64,000 nucleotides of DNA from Candidatus Doudnabacteria bacterium RIFCSPHIGHO2_01_FULL_46_24 (GTDB taxonomy: Bacteria; Patescibacteriota; Doudnabacteria; UBA920; O2-02-FULL-48-8): positions 2,027 to 66,026 of the forward strand of contig MFEL01000012.1 in NCBI GenBank assembly GCA_001777575.1, written 5' to 3'. The position numbers were made by a program, and so were the translations under genes. Numbering within the stretch: the first letter of the stretch is position 1; every line of letters starts with the position of its first letter. Below, piece by piece: positions 47,514-55,961 of this stretch. The notes under the pieces are model-generated. The model worked only from the letters and a program-made list of their open reading frames with translations, did no database searches and was not told where the DNA came from.

Positions 47514-48017
47514 TTAACAATTAATGCATTTGCCGGGATAATCCGCCTCCTCGCCGCTGTGGGCGCGGCAAAACCCGGAAAGGCAATAATACAGCGCGCT
47601 GTTAACCCCAAAGTCGGCAGCCCAGCCGGCTTTGGGAAAATTGCACGCGCTCAAAGGGCCGCCAATCGGGCAAAACCGGATGCTGATCTGGTAAATCTTC
47701 TGGCCCGGGTTGTCCGGATCGTTCCAGTTGTCCCAGTCATAAACCGATCCCGGCCAGGGGCCGTTGGGCCATTCGCCGGCCGGCAGATAATCTTCGAGTC
47801 CCGGCGGCAGGTCGCGGTTGGCGTCAGGCGGATAACTGCCGTTGTCCTGCAGATATAACAATAAGGATTTCGCAATTTCCGTGGTCTCCAGAGAAGCTCG
47901 CGAATAATAGCCGTTTTCCCGAGAACTATTGATGCTCATCAACACGACCGTGGCCAACACTCCAATGATGGTGATCACAATAAGCAATTCAATTAACGTA
48001 AAACCCTTTGTTTTCAT
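47514..48017 (-). CDS. pilA: Type IV pilin (prepilin N-terminal methylation domain)
   Basis: Leader MKTKG then FTLIELLIVITIIGVLA class III signal with E+5. Start at internal Met; track ORF extends to 48053. Confidence 0.75.
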   Translation of the reverse strand: MKTKGFTLIELLIVITIIGVLATVVLMSINSSRENGYYSRASLETTEIAKSLLLYLQDNGSYPPDANRDLPPGLEDYLPAGEWPNGPWPGSVYDWDNWNDPDNPGQKIYQISIRFCPIGGPLSACNFPKAGWAADFGVNSALYYCLSGFCRAHSGEEADYPGKCINC

Positions 48018-49387
48018 TGGAGTAACTGCCATGTCCCGTCCAGCATTTCCCATCCCCCGGCCGGGCCGGATGAAAATTGGGCGGAGGCCAGGCCGGACTC
48101 GTAAGTCACCACCGCGTTTTGGTTTAAGTGGATCTTCTCAGCCGTAATTTCTTTGGTGGTGGCGGTGTTGGCGACCACGACCACGCCTCGGCCGGCGTAA
48201 AAAATGCCGCCGGTCGCATTGTTGGCCACGGTTATGGCCGTGTTGCTGCTGTGGTCTCTTTGCGAAAGCAGCATTAGATAGCTGCCGGCAGTGCCTGAGC
48301 CCAAAACCGCTGAGCCGTTTTGGGCATTGATGATACCCGACGACGAATCGCCAGTGCCGGCCAAAACCACGCCGCTTAAACTGCCGTAGCCGCTGGATAG
48401 CTGCATGGTCGAACCGTTACTAAGCGTAATTGTGCCGGTAACCCAGATCGTTCCGGTGACCGTCAGGACCGCACCATTGTTCAAGGTCAGGTTGCCGCTG
48501 ATTTTTTTGGGGCCTAAAGAAACCGAGCCGGAAATCGTTTGCGTGCCCACGACCCCGCCATCTTCGGCTTCGTCTTCCCAATCGTCAATCTGCTGGTCGG
48601 AAATCGGCAGCGGCACGACGCTGGGATTGACGAAGCTGTTGGGGTTGGGGGTAAATTGGCTCCCGCCGATGGTGCAGGAAGATTTAGTGTCAAAGGTTGC
48701 GTTGCCGCCGATAGTGCAGTCCGAAATGCTGTCAGAAACCGCATTGCCGCCGACTACGGCGTCATCCAAACTGTAAGAGCTGGTTGAGCCGTCCACCGAA
48801 ACATCCTCCAGATACCGCGCCGTGGCATCGCCGTCAATGTCCGAAACGCCGTCGATTTCATTGGAACCGGCGGCCACGGCCGTGCCGGCGATTCTGCTGC
48901 CATTACTGCCTTCAATGTCATCATTGGAATAGACATTGCCATTGATGCGGGAATTGTTCTCCATTTCCAGGCCGCCCACGCCCACGTGCACGCCGTAATT
49001 GAAAGCGATATTGGTCGAGCCGTTTGACGCGGTCACCTGGACTATCCGCTTGGCTTGCGGATTTTGGGCATTGGGCACAAACACTTCGGCTTTAATAAGC
49101 TTATTGTTGCCTTGATTGGAAACGGTGACATTGTAAACTCCGCTGCCGTAAGCCGTGCCCGACTCGCCGCTATAGCCCAGCTGGTTATTAAGCTTCCAAA
49201 TAGCGGCCTCGATCGCCGCTTCAGCGATGCTGATTCCTAGGGTCTGGCCGACCGCCTGGCGCTGCGAACGAATCTGCAGCATGGCGTAGCCGACCAGCGA
49301 GGAAATGGCGATCATCGCGATGAGCGCGAAAATTACGACGGTAATGATCATTTGCCCCTGTTCTTTGTTACATGTTACGTGATACAT
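48014..49387 (-). CDS. Large pilus-associated protein (PilX/minor-pilin-like, beta-rich)
   Basis: 457 aa. N-terminal TM (MIITVVIFALIAMIAI), Gly/Ser/Thr-rich repeats. Located in the pilus operon. Confidence 0.4.
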   Translation of the reverse strand: MYHVTCNKEQGQMIITVVIFALIAMIAISSLVGYAMLQIRSQRQAVGQTLGISIAEAAIEAAIWKLNNQLGYSGESGTAYGSGVYNVTVSNQGNNKLIKAEVFVPNAQNPQAKRIVQVTASNGSTNIAFNYGVHVGVGGLEMENNSRINGNVYSNDDIEGSNGSRIAGTAVAAGSNEIDGVSDIDGDATARYLEDVSVDGSTSSYSLDDAVVGGNAVSDSISDCTIGGNATFDTKSSCTIGGSQFTPNPNSFVNPSVVPLPISDQQIDDWEDEAEDGGVVGTQTISGSVSLGPKKISGNLTLNNGAVLTVTGTIWVTGTITLSNGSTMQLSSGYGSLSGVVLAGTGDSSSGIINAQNGSAVLGSGTAGSYLMLLSQRDHSSNTAITVANNATGGIFYAGRGVVVVANTATTKEITAEKIHLNQNAVVTYESGLASAQFSSGPAGGWEMLDGTWQLLQ

Positions 49388-49397
49388 GATACATGAT

Positions 49398-49943
49398 TTA
49401 GTTATTGCGCAGCTTTGATTTGGAAGAAACGGTTATCGACTTGGTGGGAATGCCGGCATAACTTTCGGCGGTAGTCAGGTCCGTGGTTACGTACTTTACC
49501 AAACTGGCATCGGCATTGTCGTAAGCAAACACCAGACCGCTTATGCGCGAAGCGACTCTTTTTGTCCCGCTGCTTCTGCTGCTTGAGGCATTGGCTGTGG
49601 TTATCCGGTTAAGATTCGCACCGCTTAAGGCATAAACTACATAATCAAAAGTGGCCGGGATAATTTGGCCCGAGGCATTGATGGCGGGAAGCTTGAGAAT
49701 CAAAGTCTGACTGCCTAAAGTATAACCGCTGTAGGAAGAAGCCAAAACGTCAGCGGCCCGGACATGGGCATCAATGTCATCCAGCGCCATGCGAGCATCT
49801 CCCGTTACTCCCAGTTCCATCCGCTGGGTCTGGTAAATCTTGTCCTGTCCCAGGAACATATTGCCCACCACCAAGGCCAGCGCTCCGACCAGGAAAACCA
49901 CGATTATTAGTTCAACTAGAGTAAATCCCGCCTGCATTCTCAC
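49398..49943 (-). CDS. Minor pilin / pseudopilin (prepilin-type N-terminus)
   Basis: MRMQAG then FTLVELIIVVFLVG class III signal. Confidence 0.7.
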   Translation of the reverse strand: MRMQAGFTLVELIIVVFLVGALALVVGNMFLGQDKIYQTQRMELGVTGDARMALDDIDAHVRAADVLASSYSGYTLGSQTLILKLPAINASGQIIPATFDYVVYALSGANLNRITTANASSSRSSGTKRVASRISGLVFAYDNADASLVKYVTTDLTTAESYAGIPTKSITVSSKSKLRNN

Positions 49944-50341
49944 GGATTAATCCCTCCGCTGCCGGCCAAAGTTTTAAGCTGGACCTGCTTGGGTGTGCTG
50001 CCTTCTGTCCAGGTCACGGTTACCGTGATTTCTTTTAGGCCGGAAAAAGCTGGATAATCAGCCGCGGCAAAACTTCCATCCCCGCTTGGAATCTGGGACA
50101 GCATGGCGTCAGAAATGCTTCCTGACGAAGGCAGCAAGCCAAATGCGGTTCCCCGCAGCTCTTCCATCTTTTTATTGGCTACATGATAAGCCAGGTTCTG
50201 GTAACGAAGCTTCTTGCTTGCCGCCATCGTATTGAGAGCGGCGGTGTAGAGGGCGAATAAAGCAATCAGCACTCCCATGCTGATGACGACTTCCATTAGC
50301 GAAAGCCCCCGCTGATACGTGTTACGTGATACTTGATACAT
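49940..50341 (-). CDS. Minor pilin / pseudopilin
   Basis: MYQVSRNTYQRG then LSLMEVVISMGVLIALFA with E+5. Confidence 0.65.
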   Translation of the reverse strand: MYQVSRNTYQRGLSLMEVVISMGVLIALFALYTAALNTMAASKKLRYQNLAYHVANKKMEELRGTAFGLLPSSGSISDAMLSQIPSGDGSFAAADYPAFSGLKEITVTVTWTEGSTPKQVQLKTLAGSGGINP

Positions 50342-50344
50342 GAT

Positions 50345-51574
50345 CTATCCGATATTCTGGGTTAAATTATAAATCGGGCTGACCAGGGCCACGGCCAAAA
50401 ATCCAACCACCGCGCCAATAACCATCATAATCACCGGTTCCAGAATCGAAGAAAGATTCTTCATGGTCTGATCCACTTCAGATTCGAAAAAATTGGCGAC
50501 TTCATTGAGGACCTGGTCCGTCGTGCCCGACTCCTCCCCGACTTCCATCATCTCGACCACCAAGCTGGGGAACAGCTTGGGGTATTTGCGGAAGCCGGAG
50601 GCCAAGGGGGAGCCGATTTTGACTTTGGAGGCGGAGTCGGCAATGACTTTTTGGTAATAAATGTTGCCCACGACATAAGCGGAAGTCTCCAACGCCTGCA
50701 CGATCGGCATGCCGCTTTTGATAAGCGAGGAGAGAACCCGCACAAATCGGGCTAAATTTATTTTTTTGACAATGCCGGAAAACAGCGGGACGTGGAGAAT
50801 GACTTTATGCACGACTTTCCTGCCGCTCTCGGTTTTACGCCAGTATAAGAAACCGAAAACCAAAAAAACCAGGACAAACAACACGATAACACCGTAATTG
50901 GCAAACACGTCAACCACTCGGATGACCACACGGGTCATCAGCGGCAATTCGGCGTTCAGATCCTTAAACGTGGCAGTAAGTTTGGGTAAGACAAAAGTAA
51001 ACATCAAAAATCCGACAATGCCCAGGGCGATGAGCACGACAATCGGATAAGTCAGGGCGCCGCGGGCTTTGGAGATCAAATCATAGTCGCGCTGCATTTG
51101 GTCCCCGAGATACAGCAGATTCTGCTCCAGATTTCCTCCGATTTCGCCCACGCGCACCATGGACACAAACACCGGCGAAAAGACCCGCGGATAGCGCGCC
51201 ATGGAATCCGCCAAAGTGGTCCCGCTCTCCACACAACGGGCAATTTCCGATAAAATCTTGCCGAATTTTTTATTAGCCGTCTGAGCCGCCAAAATTTTCA
51301 GGCTTCGCGCCAGCGGCAAGCCGGCTTTCATCATAACCGACAAATTCTTCAGGAACGTGATCTTGTCCAGAAGCTTAACGCGGCTGATGGATTCCAACAC
51401 CTCGCTGAAGCTTATCCTTTGCCGAACCGGGTTGATCGCGGTCGGAACCAGTCCCCGCTCGCGCAGCATCTCAGCTATGGCATGCTCGGAAAGCGCCGAC
51501 ACGACGTCGCGCTCCACGGCTCCGGTTTTATTTCTGGCTGTATAACTATAGTCTGGCATAAATCTAATTATCAA
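50345..51574 (-). CDS. pilC: Type IV pilus platform protein PilC (GspF family)
   Basis: 409 aa. Two T2SSF repeats, 3 TM clusters. Confidence 0.9.
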   Translation of the reverse strand: MIIRFMPDYSYTARNKTGAVERDVVSALSEHAIAEMLRERGLVPTAINPVRQRISFSEVLESISRVKLLDKITFLKNLSVMMKAGLPLARSLKILAAQTANKKFGKILSEIARCVESGTTLADSMARYPRVFSPVFVSMVRVGEIGGNLEQNLLYLGDQMQRDYDLISKARGALTYPIVVLIALGIVGFLMFTFVLPKLTATFKDLNAELPLMTRVVIRVVDVFANYGVIVLFVLVFLVFGFLYWRKTESGRKVVHKVILHVPLFSGIVKKINLARFVRVLSSLIKSGMPIVQALETSAYVVGNIYYQKVIADSASKVKIGSPLASGFRKYPKLFPSLVVEMMEVGEESGTTDQVLNEVANFFESEVDQTMKNLSSILEPVIMMVIGAVVGFLAVALVSPIYNLTQNIG

Positions 51575-51642
51575 TTTACGAATTTACAATTGAGAATTGA
51601 TGCTTGAAAATTACTTGAATATTGAAAACTGAAAATTGACAA

Positions 51643-53463
51643 TTATTCCTTGCTCACCCTAAGTATCTCCTCGATTGTAGTTTTGCCCTGTAGGCATTTG
51701 ATAAACCCATCCTCCCACATCATAATCATGCCCTGTTCCACGGCTTTGTCCTGGATTTGCGAAGTCGGCGCATGCTTCAAAATCAAATCCTGAATTTCGG
51801 GGGTGACTTCCAAGACTTCAAAAATCCCCTTGCGCCCTTTATAGCCGGTTCCACCGCACTTGTCGCATCCCGCTCCTTTGTAAAAAGTCAGTTCAGTCAA
51901 GCTCTTGATTTTTTTCTCCACGAATCCTTCACGCTTCAAAACTTCCAGTAAGCGGTCAAGGTTGAATTCGCCCCGCAAGCCTTGCTCATCTTTTTCATCC
52001 ATTCGGTATTCCTGCTTGCAGTCCTGGCAGGCTTGCCGAGTCAGGCGCTGACCGACCACGGCGTTGATTGTCGATGCGATTAAGTAAGGCTCGACACCGA
52101 TATCCAGAAGCCTGGGCAAGGCGCCGGCGGCGTTATTGGTGTGCAGGGTCGAGAGCACGATATGTCCGGTCAGCGCCGCATGCACCGCTTCCTCAGCCGT
52201 TTCGCGATCCCGAATTTCCCCGATCATGATGACATTGGGATCCTGGCGCAAGAGGGCGCGCAATCCAATGGCAAAGGTCAACCCGATCTTGGGATTGACC
52301 TGCATTTGGTTGACCCCTTCCACGTGGTATTCAATCGGGTCTTCGATGGTCGAGATGTTCACGCCTTTGACATTGAGCATGGAAATCACGGTATACAAGG
52401 TCGTGGATTTGCCGCTGCCGGTGGGGCCGGTGACCAGCAAAGCGCCATGGGGCTTCTTGACGTTTTTCAAAATCGTGTCGTGATTGCGGTGTATAAAGCC
52501 CAGCTCCTCAAGCGTCAGGGCCCTGGCCGATTCGTCCAATAACCTCATCACGACCTTCTCGCCGTCAAAGACCGGGATGGTCGAGACGCGGAGCGAGATT
52601 TTGTAATTGTCTTTTTCGATTTTGAACCGCCCGTCTTGCGGCAATCTATGCTCGTCAATCTTGAGGTTGGTGATGACTTTGATGCGGGCAATCAGCGCCG
52701 GGTGGATGACTTTGGGCAGAGTCATGACTTCGTGCAGCACGCCGTCAATGCGGTAACGGACAATGACTTCTTTTTCCTGCGGCTCAATATGGATATCCGA
52801 AGCTTTTTCCAAAACCGCGTATTCCAAAAGCGTGTCCACCACCCGCACCACCGGGATCTCCTCAGCCATCTCCTTCAACTTCTCCGTGACATCCTCCGTC
52901 TCCTCCCCGCCCTCCCGCTCCTGCTTGGACACGATCTTGGCAAACTCCGCCTCCAGGCTGGTGTGATACTGATTCAACCCCCACTCCAATGAACTTTTGG
53001 AAATCAGGAACGGAACAATCGTGAGACTGGTCTTTTTCTTAATCCCGTCTCTGGTTTCCAAATCATCGGGATCAACCATGGCCAGCTCCAACTTATCGCC
53101 TTCTTTGCCGAAAGCGACAACCTGATGGCGATGCGCGATTGGTTCAGGCACCAAAAGCAATACTTCTTTGGCAATTGACCCGAGCTTTTTCAAATCCACA
53201 TACTGCACATCCACGAAGCTGGCGGAAATTTCCGCCAGCTTCTCATCGTCCAGGATTTTTTTGTCGACCAAAAGCTGAGGCAGAGCCACTTTTTTGGTTT
53301 TGGCTTCGCTGACCAAATCATCCCAGTCTTTCACTGCAATGATTTTTTTCGATGTCAACGCCCGTTTTAAGTCTTGCTCATCCAACATGGTTTTATCTTT
53401 GTTTCTATTATACCCGGTTCTAAAAACCGCTTTTATTATACCACAAAGCCCACTTTCCCTCAA
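51643..53463 (-). CDS. pilB: Type IV pilus assembly ATPase PilB (GspE family)
   Basis: Walker A GPTGSGKST, Asp box, His box, tetracysteine CQDC...CDKCGG. Probable start at internal Met (about 53388). Confidence 0.9.
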   Translation of the reverse strand: MRESGLCGIIKAVFRTGYNRNKDKTMLDEQDLKRALTSKKIIAVKDWDDLVSEAKTKKVALPQLLVDKKILDDEKLAEISASFVDVQYVDLKKLGSIAKEVLLLVPEPIAHRHQVVAFGKEGDKLELAMVDPDDLETRDGIKKKTSLTIVPFLISKSSLEWGLNQYHTSLEAEFAKIVSKQEREGGEETEDVTEKLKEMAEEIPVVRVVDTLLEYAVLEKASDIHIEPQEKEVIVRYRIDGVLHEVMTLPKVIHPALIARIKVITNLKIDEHRLPQDGRFKIEKDNYKISLRVSTIPVFDGEKVVMRLLDESARALTLEELGFIHRNHDTILKNVKKPHGALLVTGPTGSGKSTTLYTVISMLNVKGVNISTIEDPIEYHVEGVNQMQVNPKIGLTFAIGLRALLRQDPNVIMIGEIRDRETAEEAVHAALTGHIVLSTLHTNNAAGALPRLLDIGVEPYLIASTINAVVGQRLTRQACQDCKQEYRMDEKDEQGLRGEFNLDRLLEVLKREGFVEKKIKSLTELTFYKGAGCDKCGGTGYKGRKGIFEVLEVTPEIQDLILKHAPTSQIQDKAVEQGMIMMWEDGFIKCLQGKTTIEEILRVSKE

Positions 53464-53555
53464 AGTAGCTAAAAAGAATAAACAACGACGAAACTACCAG
53501 CCCCTGCTAAAGCCGATGTCAAAAAACCTCAAAAGACTTTTGTTACTCTCCCACT

Positions 53556-53597
53556 CTTGTTCCACAAAAAATGCGATCGCATAATATGCGGAACTGC
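53556..53597 (-). repeat. Repeated 40-bp intergenic element E1 with 12-bp palindrome ATGCGATCGCAT
   Basis: cttgttccacaaaaaatgcgatcgcataatatgcggaactgc, about 100 nt upstream of pilB. Matches 55196-55237 and 55828-55869. Confidence 0.7.
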
Positions 53598-53601
53598 ATT
53601 T

Positions 53602-54288
53602 CTAAAATTCCTGCAAATCATTGCCTGTGAATAAAAATCTTTTTTCCCCTAGCGGCTTAGTTTCCCTGTCGCGCATTCTAAATACTAAATAAGTCTTATC
53701 GTCTTTTATCTCACCCTCAATGCTTTCTGGTGTACCGTCAAATTCAAATTCCTTGCCAAACCAGTCTCGAAAATTCGTATAATCTGGACGATTTTCGTCA
53801 ATCGACATATAACTAAGCACTCCTTTCTCAACTTTTCCACTGCTTACGTTAACTAGTCCGAATCCTTGGCACCCCGTTCCGCAATATGTCGTGAAAAAAA
53901 TATGTTCATTGCCGAGCCATTTTGGATAGTTGATCCTGTTCCCTGAATAAATAACTTTCTCCTGATTGGTTTTTATAGTTTTCACAGCAATGATTTGTTG
54001 GTCCAGTTCTTTCTCTGAATAGTATCTTAGTTCTTGGGATCCGTCTGGTGAAACCCGATCAAATATAACTGATTGAGATATCGTTGTGGGTTCAATCGCC
54101 ATATTATCTTTAATATTATCTCTAATCCTTGCTTCTATGTAACCCGTATATTCGCTTAAAACCTCTTGCGTTCTGAATACATAATCTGCCTGCATAAAAT
54201 ATTCAACCATTACAAAAACAATGGTGACACAAATCATCAAAATTAATATTTTTTTGGTTTCGCTGCTTATCTTGAGCTTAAAGTTCAT
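53602..54288 (-). CDS. Hypothetical membrane-anchored protein
   Basis: N-terminal TM (ILILMICVTIVFVMV). Start at internal Met to avoid a 155-bp overlap. Confidence 0.35.
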   Translation of the reverse strand: MNFKLKISSETKKILILMICVTIVFVMVEYFMQADYVFRTQEVLSEYTGYIEARIRDNIKDNMAIEPTTISQSVIFDRVSPDGSQELRYYSEKELDQQIIAVKTIKTNQEKVIYSGNRINYPKWLGNEHIFFTTYCGTGCQGFGLVNVSSGKVEKGVLSYMSIDENRPDYTNFRDWFGKEFEFDGTPESIEGEIKDDKTYLVFRMRDRETKPLGEKRFLFTGNDLQEF

Positions 54289-55120
54289 GGAAATAAAAAG
54301 GTCCAATTTTAACTTTAAACGTAGCCTTAGTTGCCCAAAAAGGAGGACCATATCTGCTGTCACTATAGTAATGATTCGCGCCACCAGTTGGGTCCGGGTC
54401 TTCGCCTTTAATAACCAGATTTGCGACTTCATAACAACTAAGCCAGGCTTTTTTATCTATTTCATTTTCTGTATGAAATGGGTTTTCTACAAAAGGTCTA
54501 TTGGGATCAGATTGGTTGAAAGCGCTAAAATGTTCTTTCTGCAGAATTACGTCATGATAAGTTTTGCCCCATCGATGTCTCGGGTGTTCTACTCGATTTC
54601 TAATCACCCATGCAACCGCAGTCTTTGCTGCATTTAGAGCGCTCCTTGCTTCACCGAATAACGCTCTCGCCAAAATCATTTCTGGTGAATCATCGCGGAA
54701 GTTTCCAGTCCATTTCGGATTATCTACCGTCGGATCGATGTATTCTGCCTCTGCTTCCAAAAATATTTTGAATATCGCTGTTGATTTCCAAAAAACCGCT
54801 CTCCTCTCCTGGACTATAACTTGATACTCAAATTGCTGGGGGAAGGCTTTTGATATCTCAATTCTTAACGTCTGGCTAGTCTTGCCGCTATCACTGAAAA
54901 TGAAATCCTTTTCAGTAACTCTTAATTCAATAATTGCTTCAAAAATCTCCTGATCAACTGAAAAAGTCCCGATTTCTTTATCAATCTCGACAGTCGAACC
55001 CGGCTTAATTCTTTTGTCAACCGGCAATGTTCTATCGAGAACTTTAATCTCTATAAGGATATCTCGGCCAACAGACTTGCCCGTGTAAGAAACGCTTTTT
55101 AATTTTAATTTGATTTTCAT
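54278..55120 (-). CDS. Cell-wall hydrolase, SleB/CwlJ (Hydrolase_2) domain protein
   Basis: C-terminal ILARALFGEARSA...AVAWVIRNRVEHP...GANHYY Hydrolase_2 motifs. N-terminal domain unknown. Confidence 0.65.
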   Translation of the reverse strand: MKIKLKLKSVSYTGKSVGRDILIEIKVLDRTLPVDKRIKPGSTVEIDKEIGTFSVDQEIFEAIIELRVTEKDFIFSDSGKTSQTLRIEISKAFPQQFEYQVIVQERRAVFWKSTAIFKIFLEAEAEYIDPTVDNPKWTGNFRDDSPEMILARALFGEARSALNAAKTAVAWVIRNRVEHPRHRWGKTYHDVILQKEHFSAFNQSDPNRPFVENPFHTENEIDKKAWLSCYEVANLVIKGEDPDPTGGANHYYSDSRYGPPFWATKATFKVKIGPFYFHEL

Positions 55121-55195
55121 AAAGCTTAAAATTTTATTAAATATAACAATTACTCAGGTCACCGTCAATTTTTATAAATTCCTGTTGTGTTCCAG

Positions 55196-55237
55196 TTGTT
55201 CCACAAAAAATGCGATCGCATAATATATAGAACTGCT
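55196..55237 (-). repeat. Repeated intergenic element E2 (ATGCGATCGCAT palindrome)
   Basis: gttgttccacaaaaaatgcgatcgcataatatatagaactgc, about 90 nt upstream of the SleB-like gene. Confidence 0.7.
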
Positions 55238-55274
55238 TAATAACTAACCGCAACCAACTGCTCAATAAATTTAC

Positions 55275-55838
55275 TTAAATTTTACTCAAACCGAAATGCT
55301 TAAGGTATCTCCACTCTCCTTCGATCCGGTCAGCGGTTACTAAGCTGACGAAAGGGCGAATCTCGTAGACTTCCTTGAGAAATGTGACTTCATCTTCGAC
55401 TGGATATGGCCAGAGCCAGGCGCTTTTTTGCATCTGATAAAAACCCAACGCTTTTAATTTTTGACTCAAGGTGTTGCGGTTGACTCTAAATTTTTCGGGA
55501 ATGTCAAAGATAACAATTCTCCATTTCTGATCCCACCTTTTCGGCTTATTCAACACCATGTCTTCAAGCTTATATCTTATAATTTTTGCTTTTCCCTGAT
55601 CTGTGAGTTTAATCACGGTATTGCCTCTGCCATCGTTGCCTATTCCAAGAATCTTTTTGTCCTTTAAGTGGGACAAGGCTCTGGTGATCTGACGCTTAGT
55701 GTATTTTTTCTTACGGACCAATAACCCCAAAGCCAAGATCGCGTTGGGAGCAACAACGGCAACCGCGGTCAAAATCCCGAGTACTACCAAGGTTAGCAAG
55801 ATATCTTTGACTATTTGTCCCTTTTTGCCTTGTTCCAT
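55275..55838 (-). CDS. PaaX-like protein (N-terminal TM, wHTH, PaaX_C/Cas2-like C-terminal domain)
   Basis: WRIVIFDIPEKFRVNRNTLSQKLKALGFYQMQKSAWLWP fits the PaaX_C pattern. The start codon is embedded in element E3. Confidence 0.4.
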   Translation of the reverse strand: MEQGKKGQIVKDILLTLVVLGILTAVAVVAPNAILALGLLVRKKKYTKRQITRALSHLKDKKILGIGNDGRGNTVIKLTDQGKAKIIRYKLEDMVLNKPKRWDQKWRIVIFDIPEKFRVNRNTLSQKLKALGFYQMQKSAWLWPYPVEDEVTFLKEVYEIRPFVSLVTADRIEGEWRYLKHFGLSKI

Positions 55839-55869
55839 AAAAAATGCGATCGCATAATATGCGGGACTC
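55828..55869 (-). repeat. Repeated intergenic element E3 (ATGCGATCGCAT palindrome) overlapping the PaaX-like start codon
   Basis: cttgttccataaaaaatgcgatcgcataatatgcgggactcc. mRNA sense reads TATTATGCGATCGCATTTTTT-ATGGAACAAG. Confidence 0.7.
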
Positions 55870-55961
55870 CAGAGTTGAACTTAAAGCCTGGGGAATAATT
55901 CCAGAATTAAAATTCCAGGAACCAATTCCAACCAGGCTTAAGTATTTTACTCTTAATATTT

